Part shown: positions 55,501-64,000 of the stretch, piece by piece
Layout of the letters: the number at the start of each line of letters is the position of its first letter
How positions within the stretch are numbered: the first letter of the stretch is position 1
Source: a virus
Lineage: Duplodnaviria > Heunggongvirae > Uroviricota > Caudoviricetes
Reading direction: 5' to 3' (one strand)
Length of the DNA: 64,000 bases
Virus record (IMG/VR): IMGVR_UViG_3300044620_000288
Span: 1 to 64,000 of that record
Translations under genes and position numbers: made by a program
Notes under the pieces: model-generated
Databases searched by the model: none
Seen by the model: only the letters and a program-made list of their open reading frames with translations
Told to the model about the DNA's origin: nothing

Positions 55501-56113
55501 TATGAATCAGTCTCTAAAAGGTCAGGTGTACAGAGACAACAGAAACTTGCTTAACCAGTTTAATATGCAGAACCTTGCTATTCTGGATAAGCAATACGAA
55601 AGACAAGCGATAGCTAAGTCTAAAACAAAGGCCACTACATTGGAAGCTCTTAAATCTATTGGTGACAAATACATGCGTAACCAATTGGAAAACAGGACTT
55701 TAGCTACATACGAGAATATGTACAACTACCGCTATGACCCACGTTTCAGAGCTATTAACATGAATGCTCCTTTCCAAGCTCAGATGCCTACAGTGTATTC
55801 TGGTCCTGGTCAACAGGGTATTCCTGTGTTAGATGCTCAGGGTAATGTTGTAGCTATTCAACAAGCTCCTGCTCAACAGGCTCCTGGTGCGCCTGCAATG
55901 GGTGCTTCTTCAAAAGGCACTGTACCAGCAGCAGCTCCTTCTGCATCCACAGTTCAACCCTTCGTTCCATTGAGTGACCAGGAGGTTGATGATCAATCAT
56001 TTACAACAGAAGATGTAGAAGAGAGATACAAAAGAGGTGGAAGAAAAGGAGTAGATATTAGTAAAAAGAAAAATCTAAACAGCTCAATTATAAACGCGTT
56101 CAGAAATATCTAA
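52577..56113 (+). CDS. large Gly-rich virion protein (1178 aa); tape-measure-like candidate
   Basis: Hydrophobic glycine-zipper segments 'GGNLGGTIGGTAGMLIGGPAGKLIGQTAGQLIGTAI', Gly-rich low complexity, length; starts 1 nt after previous stop. Confidence 0.55.
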   Translation: MKKQILKIAGVKSEKEFYKKYPTEEAFMKSHSKAFKKAQIGTFIGGEQDSGFQPISFKDIYDEADYTVTGSTEDMRREEAYRQAELAAAQQQGGSGSGGGLGNIAGALGNIGKMFGEEGGGEGMGDAASAFAGAKKGKNIKKAQGGTQTQPEPQQSDYPDYQSWKADHDLWSSGQTYIGMGASSSGGISTSPASISNPTLEIEEKKGDWMKQVGKYAGPAGKIVQGIQQLKEEKRALERAEQARDVSGLVKQAASTRPEETQRRYVRPEDITNTGEEFFPIYGVGTNVLAKNGTSVGGGEIMNTFAPDTLYDDLGYEPLDDSQRYKQFYHGGKMHKAQNGDWMEGTGFYDFASSGGTDAAGQLLTGITGENAGGNLGGTIGGTAGMLIGGPAGKLIGQTAGQLIGTAINRKPQKINKAKEATQRNIQGAALQQGMQGGQAQYSSFMENGGTTSPYEWVSHTWQPQVIASFGEHKVKDLLRRPKDADMLRAGGHLKEYTPPSAAAMSTERPDFQMGGELKTHWGGYAETMSQNPYLPDGGETIMFRGQSHDESDGRGNTGIGITYGDNPVEVERGEPAMKMKDGGGAPGDSSLVVFGNLKIPKAYVPFLSKEAEGRKFKTYVADLSKKESKINKNVDKAVNQLEELSVQSPFDKLRLNSLDLTINGGNAKLKEIADNKTSAASLQNAINDTAEEYGFVADDLAKGKVKIDKKAFNEAAKFGKMIKAQGGVTAAPVTTKERVAEIMALYEKAKQVNAQNPGKKNPFILELQKKYHEYFPEIAEQIIVKSSGVTAKAKSKGIKNIADLKKQPRETILETNLDEYFGPRTEQYIAALPKTFDIPTGGLGIPKKDEPVIEKTTTAETTIPITPYKRNTLVDIFGQILPYVRPSDMETLDPNQLMGEMYALSTNQLEPVQAQTLQPQLDIPYDISLQDQLNENEATFRSQQRLMGYNPAAQAQLNAQKYQANQRVLGEQFRMNQSLKGQVYRDNRNLLNQFNMQNLAILDKQYERQAIAKSKTKATTLEALKSIGDKYMRNQLENRTLATYENMYNYRYDPRFRAINMNAPFQAQMPTVYSGPGQQGIPVLDAQGNVVAIQQAPAQQAPGAPAMGASSKGTVPAAAPSASTVQPFVPLSDQEVDDQSFTTEDVEERYKRGGRKGVDISKKKNLNSSIINAFRNI

Positions 56114-56153
56114 CTAACTCAGTTATAGCGAATTACCAAAACTCGTTATAGCT

Positions 56154-56185
56154 CTTGGAAATTATAATTATTCATATTACATTTG
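56154..56185 (+). promoter_or_regulatory. candidate Bacteroidota-type promoter (-33 'cTTG', -7 'TACATTTG')
   Basis: TAnnTTTG at 56178-56185, TTG at 56155-56157 (20-nt spacing), 15 nt upstream of the ATG at 56201; flanked by 'GTTATAGC' direct repeats at 56122 and 56146. Confidence 0.35.
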
Positions 56186-56200
56186 CTAACTTAACATGCC

Positions 56201-58855
56201 ATGGCTTCATTTACAGATATAATACCCCAATTTAATCCATACGTGCAACAATTGCCTGTAGAGGCAATGGTGCAGGTGGGTATGGATAAACAGAAGCGCT
56301 ATGATGAGGGCATCCAAAAGATTCAGTCTCAAATAGATGAGGTGGGTGGAATGGACATTTATAAGCCCATCCACAGGATGTATTTACAGTCCAAGCTTAA
56401 TGAGCTGGGCAACAATCTCAAATTGGTAGCTGGTGGAGACTTCTCCAACTTCCAACTGGTTAATTCAGTAGGAGGAATGATTGGACAGGTGGTAAAAGAC
56501 CCTGTGGTTAAAAATGCATATGCCTCAACACAACTCCTCAGAAAGCAACAAGGATATATGGAGGAAGCCAAGAAAACTGGTAAATCGTCTCCTGAGAATG
56601 AGTGGTGGTTCATGAATGAAATAGACAGGTGGCAGAATGATCCTGACCTGATGAAAAGTTTCACAGGTGAGTATGTTCAGTATACAGATGTTGATAAGAA
56701 GCTAAGAGATGTAGCTTCCAAGATAAAAGAAATAGAGAAGTCTGTAGACATCCCTTATCAAAGAAATGCTGACGGTAGTTATGTATTAGATAAGAATGGT
56801 AAACCTATTGTTGATGATGCAATGTTACGCATCAAGGTGAAGGGTACACCTGCTGAGAAGATTCTCAACAACTTCTATTCTAGCCTGAATGAAACTGATA
56901 AACGTCAGCTTATGATTACAGGCAGCTATCATTACAAGAATGCATCAAAAGCCACATTCCAAAATGACATCATTGGTACATATGATGGTCAAAAGAAAGC
57001 ACTGGCAGATAACCTAAGCAAGCTGGCTGTAGAACTTAAGACTAATGATAAGCTTACATCAGCACAACGAGCTGAGGTGGAGGCTGCTATAAACAGAGGT
57101 GTTGATAAGATAAATGATGGATTTTTTGAGAAAGAGGCTGCTGTAAAGATTGATGAGATTGACAAGGTGAATAACCTAGATGATTTTAAATATCGTTTAT
57201 ACACACAGAAATATTTAACAGGCCTAGCTCAAGACCTCTCTAACCAAAGTTATACAGAGGAAATACTCAGCAATCCCTATGCTCAAATGAACATGGAGAA
57301 GAAAAAGCTTGAGTTTCAAGTGAATAGAGCTAAACAAGAACACTCAGAGTTCTTAATGGGTCATGCCCTTAGTGCAGAACGTCTCAACTTTGAGAAGTTT
57401 AAATGGAAAACAGAACAAGATCAAAAAACTGCTGAAGACAATGCACTTAAACCTAAAACTCAATATGGAGGATTAGGTACAAATGCAGCACCTCCTATGG
57501 TAAGTGATCTGGAGAAATACATGGATGACACCAAGAAACAAATAGATGGTCTAAAGGTTTCTGCTGGTCCTGAGCTTTTCCCTACTATTAAAGGTAAGGA
57601 CGGTAAACCTCTAACTGGAGGTGTTCTATTAAAAGCTCAACAAGACGCATTAGATGCATTGGTTGACAAATATATCGCTAACCCAACAAGTATCAAGGAT
57701 AATGACGAGCGAACATTTGTTGAGCAAATGAGAAGTTTGCAGTTGAAACAAGTGCAACAAGGTAACTTGTACACTGAGGTTACAAAGATAGACAAAGTTA
57801 CAAACGAAGCACTTAATCAAGCACTTGGGGGAATAGGTGGTGTTAATTTTCCAGATGGCAAACCTATACACAGTGCTGCTGATTTGTATAAAGCACAAGC
57901 AATGCTTCAGAACTTTAGAACTGTAGTGACAACTGGTTATGGTGCAACTGCAATGGGTCCTGCTACTAAAAGTGATATAATAACTGATGCGGAAGGGTAT
58001 TTAAAAAGTCTACCTTCAAACTTAAAAGGTCTTGGTAGAACACTTTTAAAATGGAATTCTGGACAAAAACTTACTGCCACTGAAAAAGTTATTGCTGATA
58101 GGTCACAGAAAATATTTATGGATTTCAGAGAGCGTGGAAATTCTATTGTAATGAATGGAATGAAAGCTCAATCTGACTATCTTGCTAAAAATATGCCTGA
58201 GGTGCAGGTAACTTCTGGAACATTGAATATGGATAATAAAGCTACAGCTAAGAATGTAGAATATCTTATAGGAAATGCCACAAGGTTCTACGATCAGTTT
58301 GGATCACTTGATACAGACAATCCTGATGATTTTAGTCCATCAGTAATAAGTAACATGAGATCTGGAGAGGGATCAAAAGAATTAAGATATATAGCAGAAA
58401 GAAATTATGATGGAAGTGGTAAGTTAATTGTTTATGACAAAAATAATAAAAAACAAACCATCCCTCTTAACCAATCAGATTTAATGACATACTTCCCTGA
58501 TGTAGCTAAATCAAGTTTCATGACTGGTGTAAAGTATGATATCATGAGCTCACCAGGACGTACGACAAATATAATAGGAAGAGAGAATCCTGTAGGTGCA
58601 CGATATAGTGGATATGACATTGGTGGTTTGAGATATAGTCAATATGCACCTCGCGTGAGAGTGGACATTGAAGGAGCTAAAGGAAACAATGGAGGTGAAG
58701 GCGATAGATTCCAAGTTAGACTTTATGCCTTTGACGGTAACACTTGGAAGCACGATATACTTAATCAGCAAGGACACGTTGGTGCGGCTGGTGTCGAAGA
58801 TATATTAAGTCAAATAGGACCTCTTACAGTAGAAGAAGTGCTTAGAAAAAAATAA
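56201..58855 (+). CDS. large hypothetical virion protein (884 aa)
   Basis: ORF. Confidence 0.6.
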   Translation: MASFTDIIPQFNPYVQQLPVEAMVQVGMDKQKRYDEGIQKIQSQIDEVGGMDIYKPIHRMYLQSKLNELGNNLKLVAGGDFSNFQLVNSVGGMIGQVVKDPVVKNAYASTQLLRKQQGYMEEAKKTGKSSPENEWWFMNEIDRWQNDPDLMKSFTGEYVQYTDVDKKLRDVASKIKEIEKSVDIPYQRNADGSYVLDKNGKPIVDDAMLRIKVKGTPAEKILNNFYSSLNETDKRQLMITGSYHYKNASKATFQNDIIGTYDGQKKALADNLSKLAVELKTNDKLTSAQRAEVEAAINRGVDKINDGFFEKEAAVKIDEIDKVNNLDDFKYRLYTQKYLTGLAQDLSNQSYTEEILSNPYAQMNMEKKKLEFQVNRAKQEHSEFLMGHALSAERLNFEKFKWKTEQDQKTAEDNALKPKTQYGGLGTNAAPPMVSDLEKYMDDTKKQIDGLKVSAGPELFPTIKGKDGKPLTGGVLLKAQQDALDALVDKYIANPTSIKDNDERTFVEQMRSLQLKQVQQGNLYTEVTKIDKVTNEALNQALGGIGGVNFPDGKPIHSAADLYKAQAMLQNFRTVVTTGYGATAMGPATKSDIITDAEGYLKSLPSNLKGLGRTLLKWNSGQKLTATEKVIADRSQKIFMDFRERGNSIVMNGMKAQSDYLAKNMPEVQVTSGTLNMDNKATAKNVEYLIGNATRFYDQFGSLDTDNPDDFSPSVISNMRSGEGSKELRYIAERNYDGSGKLIVYDKNNKKQTIPLNQSDLMTYFPDVAKSSFMTGVKYDIMSSPGRTTNIIGRENPVGARYSGYDIGGLRYSQYAPRVRVDIEGAKGNNGGEGDRFQVRLYAFDGNTWKHDILNQQGHVGAAGVEDILSQIGPLTVEEVLRKK

Positions 58856-58861
58856 TTAGTA

Positions 58862-61800
58862 ATGCCAATTTTTGACAACGAACTTATAGATAGCTCTGCT
58901 AATCGAGATTTAAATCCTCAATTACCTGGAACCCCAAAGTCTTACTTGGGGTCTCCTACTATTAGAGATGTGGATGTTAGTCTGCCCACAGGAGGTGTTC
59001 CTTCTGGTGGTAGCTTTAATGGTTTGTCTATTGCTCAACTATCTGAGATAGGTCTTGCTGCTCGTGATACAAGAACCTTTGGTGGACCTATGATGATGGT
59101 TCCAAGAAAAGAACTTCTTGACAACCAACGCTATGGTACATATGTAAGGGGTGTTGATCTTGAGAACATATACGGAATACAACAACCTTGGTATAGTCAA
59201 ATGGGTAATGCCACTGCTAAATTCTTTGCCACTGGTATTGGAACATTTGCTCAAGGTTTTGCTACTATTCCAAATACAGTTGCTGCTATTAAAAACGGTA
59301 GCTTCTCTGAGCTTTCAGGAAAAGATGGATATGAGTCTGATATTGATACATGGTTGAAGAACCTAGAAGATACATTCCCTAACTACTATAGTAGATGGGA
59401 GAAAGAACATCCATATAGATCTATGATTCCTTTCATGCGTGGGTCTGCAAACTTCTGGGGTGATAAGGTTATTAAAAACTTAGGTTTTACAGCTGGTGCT
59501 ATTGGTAGTGCATTAGTACAAGATGCTGCTGTAGCATATGTTACAGGTGGTATTGGTGAAATACCATTGATTGCTAACCAAATAGGTAGAGCATCTCTCT
59601 ATCTTAATAAACTTTTTACAGGCACAAATAAGCTTGATAAAGTGCTGGATACAGCAAGAGCTCTTGGAAAGTCAGAGAGATTTATTGATAATCTCAGTGA
59701 CTTAGGTAGAGCTGCTGCAGCTACAAAACTTGCTAACGGTTTCCGTTATGGACTTACGTTATACGGATCTGCTAGAACAGAGGCTGCTGTTGAAGCTAGA
59801 GACGCTTACAGACAAGTGAGAGATGAGCTCATCAATCAATATAAAGGTGAGAACGGAGGAGCAGAACCTCAGGGTGCTGCATTGTCTGAAATTGAAAACT
59901 ATGCTACAGATGCAATGAATGTTAGATTTGGTGCTAACATGGCTTTGCTCACTGTGTCTAACGCCTTACAGTTTGGCACACTATTCAAATCTTTCACAAA
60001 CATGTCTAAGGGAGTACCTGGTTCAATCGAGAGAACTCTTGAGGATGCAGGAAGAATTGGTCTCACCCAAGGATCTTTAGATGTATTTGAGAAGAAAGCT
60101 ATTAGTGGTTTAGGTGCTAAGGTGTGGGATGCTGTAAAGCCTAGTCTCAAGAATGTACTTTCTGAAGGTATATATGAGGAAGGTGGACAATATGCTGTAG
60201 AGAAAGGCACCTATGATTATTATACTAGAAAGTATAAGAACTTAAAAGATCCTAATAACAGAGAGAACTGGAATACATTAAACGAAGCTCTTATATCTAC
60301 TAACAAAGGACTTGCTGAGCAGTTCGGTAGTAGTGTTGGTATAGAGCAAATGTTAATAGGTGGTATATCTGCTTTGATTACAGGAGGTGTTACTGGTAGA
60401 ATCCAAAGAGCAAAAGGCGAACCTACAAAGGATCAAAGATTACAGAGTGCAATTAATATTGTAAATAGATATGGTCTTACAGGTATTATGCAAGATCAAT
60501 ACTCTGATACACTCAACTCGGCAGGTAATGCTAGAGAAATGCAAGAGGCTGCACGTAGTGGAAACATATTCAAATATAAGAATCTTAAACATAACCAATT
60601 CTTTGGTTTTGTAAGCTCACGTATTCCTTCTGATTTACACGATGTTACAATTGAGCAATTGAACATGCTCAAAGATTTGGACAAAGCAGAGTTTGAGAAG
60701 ACCTTTGGAATGGACTTCACTGAGTCTAATAAGAGTACAGTTGTTGAATACGTAGATTCTTTAATTGATAAGGCTAATGGTATAAAGGATATGTACGATA
60801 GTGTTAACTTCACTTTCAAAAATCCGTTCAAGTCTTACCTCAATCCTACAGAAGATGAAGTTGAAGAGAACTTCAAGTATGATACATATAACGATTGGAA
60901 GACTAACCTAGTGTATTACGCTAGTGTTGCTCCTGACGTTAACAACAGATTGAATAACATACAGAATGATCTAGCTGCTATCAATCCTCTACTTAGCAAT
61001 GACACAGTTTCTTCCCTCACTAACAGAGAGGGTCTAAAGGAAATAGCATCTCAGTATGAAGAGAAAGCTAAATCATTAGGAAACACTATTACAGAGTTTA
61101 CCACTCCTGCAGATAGGAGAGCAATTAGAGATGAAATTAAAACTCTACGTACACTCTCTGAGCGTATCAACCTTGCTCTTAACAAGAACGATCTTGACCT
61201 TAAAACCTTTGAGACACTTCTCAACTTTGAGATGAGTAATCAAACAAGTATTACTGATAAGGCAGTTCCTGTAGAAAAGATTGCTGAGGTGTATGGACTT
61301 GGTGCTGATGTAAATGCACTTATACAACTTAGAAAAGATGCTTCTGAGTCATTTGACAACCTTGCTTCTGAAGATGGATTTAACAAGTTCTTTGACCAAG
61401 CTGAAGAGATGGCTGAAGAGCAACAAGAAGAGTCTAATAAAGAAGAAGCAACACCCACTGAAGAAAAACCATTAGAGTTTGTAAACAGATCTGGTGCTAA
61501 GGAAGTTCCTCAGACAGATAGAGAATATCAACTTGATGGACTTAGTCTTGCTAAGGTGAATAAGATTGCAGATGACCGCTATGAAGTGGTGTCCCCACTT
61601 GGCGAGAGTTCATTCTATCCTACTAAGGAGGATGCAGATCAAGCTGCAGAAGATATGAATGCTGACATTCAAGACCTACAAAAGGTTAAGGTGTTGGAAA
61701 TCAATGAGGATGGTACAGTGAAGGTGGAAGACCTTGCTGGTAATATACAGAACATCAAGCCTGAACAAATGTCTGGATATGAAAGAATCCAGAGTGCTCA

Positions 61801-64000
61801 GGAGAAACTAATTGAGAGGAAAGAAGAACTAATACGCCAACAAACTGAACTTGAGAAAAACTCTGGTAGTGTAACCACTATTGATTCATCTCAGGAGTTT
61901 GGTGAAAAAGAGCCTCCTAAAAGAGAAGTGTCTCAACTATTCACTGGTGGTATTACAGAATCAGAAACTTATAACGATCCTACCAAATCAGCTGCTCACG
62001 TTGTACGCTCTAGAAGGTTCTTAAACAATGTAAAGAATAACAAGAACAGGGCTGATGTTAAGGCCATCCTTGTTACACCTAATCAGGAAGCTGGTTTAGG
62101 ACTTACAGGACTTGCTGCTCTATCATACAAAGTGGATACCACTAAGATGACTGAGGCTGAACTGAAAGAGTTTAATGAAACAATTAGAAAGTCTGATACA
62201 GGATTTATAGCTCAGGTGTTTGTTGTACAAAAGGGCAACAAGCTATTCTTTGCAGATGAGAACGGTAACCTTATGAACGAGGTGGGTACACAAGTGGACC
62301 TAGATAAGGTGGTGTTCCAAACAATGCCTACCCCTGCACTTTATGATAGTGAAGGTAAACCTCGTTTCAGAGCTGGTCAAGAGGCTGAAGCTAAAGCTTA
62401 TTCTGAAGCTTGGGCTAAATATAGAGAGCAACTTATGGGTGCTCCTGCTACAGCATTCACTATACATGACTTCCGTATATCTCGTGGTATTGCAATTGTA
62501 AATGATACTCCTGCATTAGATGAGGATGGTAATCCTGTTCTCAACTCTCAGGGTAAACCATTGATGACATTTGAAAGAAACCATGTAGGTGATGTGTTGG
62601 TTCCTGAAGATAAGACTGGTAACAAAGGACTGATTGTAATATCTGTTACAGGTGAAATTGTACATAACGGTTTACCTGTTAATGTATTGAGAGGTACACC
62701 TGTGCTCCAGTATGGTGACACCCTCCAGGTATTAAATAATAGAACATTCAACAAAACTGAGGCCAAAACAATCTTCCGCCTACTCAGTGAACTATCCAAA
62801 GGATTTGCTTTAAACAGTAATCTAGAAGAGTCTTATACAAACTTCCTGCAGAACATTTTACATTGGAAACAAGGAAAGAATCCTTCCAAGAATCAGGTGT
62901 ATATCAACCCTGATAGTATGGATCTCCGTATTGCAGGTAAGGATATTCCTCTATCTGAGGTGAACGAGAGAGAAGCTGAGATAATGGAAGAACTCCAAAA
63001 GACCTTCTCTAACGTAAACAATAAGACTATATACAGTGATTATCCATTCACTGAATACTTCATAGATGAGAATGATCAGATTGATTCCAGAGAATGGTCT
63101 AGCTACAACTCTTATTTGTTGTCTGCTAGCTATCCTAATGGTAGCAAGCGTGCTATAAAGGACACCCCTTTATACACATCTGTATCTAAACCTACAACAT
63201 CTATTCCTTATTCCTACATGCAGAAATATGCTGTGTTGGAAGGATTGGAACTTGATGTACAATACACAGCCCCTGCTCAACAAGCTGAGGCTAAGGGTGA
63301 ATTAGTAGTAGACGGGTATGTAATAAATGGCGAAACTACTAATATATTCCCTCTTAGAAAGGAACACGGAAGCTTTGAGTTCACAGCTACCCAACTACCT
63401 AATGGTAAGTTTGAGGTGGAACTAGTTGATAGTCAAATGACTAGAGACACTGTTGCTAGAATCGCAAAGAACAAAGAGCTTGTAAACAATGAGATTGTTC
63501 CTCAGCTTAAAGCTCTTGGTGTGTACGATCCTATAAAAGATGCTACAAAGACTGACGAGGATATTGTTGGTGATTATGTAGCATACATAGCAAGTGCTAC
63601 ATTAGAGAAGAAGTCTAAAGAGAAGCCTGCTGCTCCAGTTGTAGAAACAGCTGCTACAGTTACACAAACCACTCCTTATGGTACAGAGGCTGGTCCTGCG
63701 GTTACCACTTCTACAGAGTCTGTGTCTAATACAGAGGCTGATACACAGTTTGGAGAGGATATGTTAAGTGATTTAAAAAAGCTTAACGATGATAAGCAAA
63801 AAGCTGATATAGAAAAGAGAAGACAAGCAGAGTTAGAAACATTAAAACTATTACATAAGTCAGATATTCATGAAGCTGGTATAACTGTAGATCCTGATAC
63901 ACCTAAAGGAGCTAAATCTCCTTTATGGAAAGTTAATGTATCTAGGTTTAGTAAAGCTGTCGGAGATAATGGAGGGATGTTATATAATGAGGTTTTATCA
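58862..64000 (+). CDS. giant ORF (>=1713 aa), 3'-truncated by window end; function unknown
   Basis: Manual translation from ATG 58862 (MPIFDNELIDSSANRD...) is stop-free to position 64000 in frame. Not in ORF track because no stop is present. No DxDGD-type RNA-polymerase signature was seen in the visible part. Confidence 0.7.
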   Translation, partial: MPIFDNELIDSSANRDLNPQLPGTPKSYLGSPTIRDVDVSLPTGGVPSGGSFNGLSIAQLSEIGLAARDTRTFGGPMMMVPRKELLDNQRYGTYVRGVDLENIYGIQQPWYSQMGNATAKFFATGIGTFAQGFATIPNTVAAIKNGSFSELSGKDGYESDIDTWLKNLEDTFPNYYSRWEKEHPYRSMIPFMRGSANFWGDKVIKNLGFTAGAIGSALVQDAAVAYVTGGIGEIPLIANQIGRASLYLNKLFTGTNKLDKVLDTARALGKSERFIDNLSDLGRAAAATKLANGFRYGLTLYGSARTEAAVEARDAYRQVRDELINQYKGENGGAEPQGAALSEIENYATDAMNVRFGANMALLTVSNALQFGTLFKSFTNMSKGVPGSIERTLEDAGRIGLTQGSLDVFEKKAISGLGAKVWDAVKPSLKNVLSEGIYEEGGQYAVEKGTYDYYTRKYKNLKDPNNRENWNTLNEALISTNKGLAEQFGSSVGIEQMLIGGISALITGGVTGRIQRAKGEPTKDQRLQSAINIVNRYGLTGIMQDQYSDTLNSAGNAREMQEAARSGNIFKYKNLKHNQFFGFVSSRIPSDLHDVTIEQLNMLKDLDKAEFEKTFGMDFTESNKSTVVEYVDSLIDKANGIKDMYDSVNFTFKNPFKSYLNPTEDEVEENFKYDTYNDWKTNLVYYASVAPDVNNRLNNIQNDLAAINPLLSNDTVSSLTNREGLKEIASQYEEKAKSLGNTITEFTTPADRRAIRDEIKTLRTLSERINLALNKNDLDLKTFETLLNFEMSNQTSITDKAVPVEKIAEVYGLGADVNALIQLRKDASESFDNLASEDGFNKFFDQAEEMAEEQQEESNKEEATPTEEKPLEFVNRSGAKEVPQTDREYQLDGLSLAKVNKIADDRYEVVSPLGESSFYPTKEDADQAAEDMNADIQDLQKVKVLEINEDGTVKVEDLAGNIQNIKPEQMSGYERIQSAQEKLIERKEELIRQQTELEKNSGSVTTIDSSQEFGEKEPPKREVSQLFTGGITESETYNDPTKSAAHVVRSRRFLNNVKNNKNRADVKAILVTPNQEAGLGLTGLAALSYKVDTTKMTEAELKEFNETIRKSDTGFIAQVFVVQKGNKLFFADENGNLMNEVGTQVDLDKVVFQTMPTPALYDSEGKPRFRAGQEAEAKAYSEAWAKYREQLMGAPATAFTIHDFRISRGIAIVNDTPALDEDGNPVLNSQGKPLMTFERNHVGDVLVPEDKTGNKGLIVISVTGEIVHNGLPVNVLRGTPVLQYGDTLQVLNNRTFNKTEAKTIFRLLSELSKGFALNSNLEESYTNFLQNILHWKQGKNPSKNQVYINPDSMDLRIAGKDIPLSEVNEREAEIMEELQKTFSNVNNKTIYSDYPFTEYFIDENDQIDSREWSSYNSYLLSASYPNGSKRAIKDTPLYTSVSKPTTSIPYSYMQKYAVLEGLELDVQYTAPAQQAEAKGELVVDGYVINGETTNIFPLRKEHGSFEFTATQLPNGKFEVELVDSQMTRDTVARIAKNKELVNNEIVPQLKALGVYDPIKDATKTDEDIVGDYVAYIASATLEKKSKEKPAAPVVETAATVTQTTPYGTEAGPAVTTSTESVSNTEADTQFGEDMLSDLKKLNDDKQKADIEKRRQAELETLKLLHKSDIHEAGITVDPDTPKGAKSPLWKVNVSRFSKAVGDNGGMLYNEVLS

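Noticed and set aside
58862-64000. Virion-packaged multisubunit-type RNA polymerase (crAss-like) for the giant 3' ORF
   Set aside because: No DxDGD / double-psi beta-barrel signature was found in the 1713 residues visible. The remainder lies outside the window, so only 'giant virion protein' is supported.
1-64000. CRISPR array, diversity-generating retroelement, integrase/attachment site, toxin-antitoxin pair
   Set aside because: No short regularly spaced direct repeats with unique spacers. No reverse transcriptase ORF or TR/VR pair near the fibre genes. No tyrosine/serine recombinase motifs. No obvious small toxin/antitoxin gene pair.

Overview
The window reads as one contiguous piece of a virulent, AT-rich dsDNA tailed-phage genome. 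There is no integrase, CRISPR array, rRNA or convincing tRNA. It has two divergently oriented arms.

**Arm 1 (1-18406, all minus strand)** is an early/replication module:
- Truncated GHKL (Hsp90/rIIA-like) ATPase.
- Family-1 uracil-DNA-glycosylase homolog with a non-canonical active-site motif.
- Toprim primase.
- SSB-like protein.
- Sak4-like ATPase.
- SF2 DEAH helicase.
- DnaB-like helicase.
- Family B DNA polymerase with intact 3'-5' exonuclease motifs.
- About 25 small ORFs of unknown function, including acidic, zinc-finger, membrane and lipoprotein-like ones.
- A ~550-bp non-coding region (16360-16906) with 32-bp tandem iteron-like repeats and an intrinsic terminator.

**Switch region (18407-18810).** It contains a conspicuous GC island with G/C homopolymer tracts, a terminator-like hairpin, and a Bacteroidota-type TAnnTTTG promoter-like motif.

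**Arm 2 (18811-64000, all plus strand)** is a packaging/morphogenesis module:
- Large terminase, putative portal, an SPFH/band-7 protein in the slot usually held by a prohead protease, acidic scaffold-like protein, putative major capsid protein.
- Short tail fibre with a phage tail-collar domain.
- A 1542-aa long tail fibre with collagen-like (Gly-X-Y)n blocks, T4 gp34/gp37-type fibre repeats and a C-terminal S74 intramolecular-chaperone domain.
- A metallophosphoesterase.
- An 1820-aa protein with mucin-like poly-Thr/Ser linkers.
- Two tandem paralogous small proteins.
- Two ~1000-aa Gly-rich virion proteins, one a tape-measure candidate.
- An 884-aa protein and a >=1713-aa ORF that runs off the window end.

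Several strong UUCG-tetraloop/GC-hairpin terminators punctuate the late arm. The host is probably a Bacteroidota member; this is inferred from AT content, TAnnTTTG motifs and poly-Thr linkers. A Crassvirales-like affiliation is possible but unproven.
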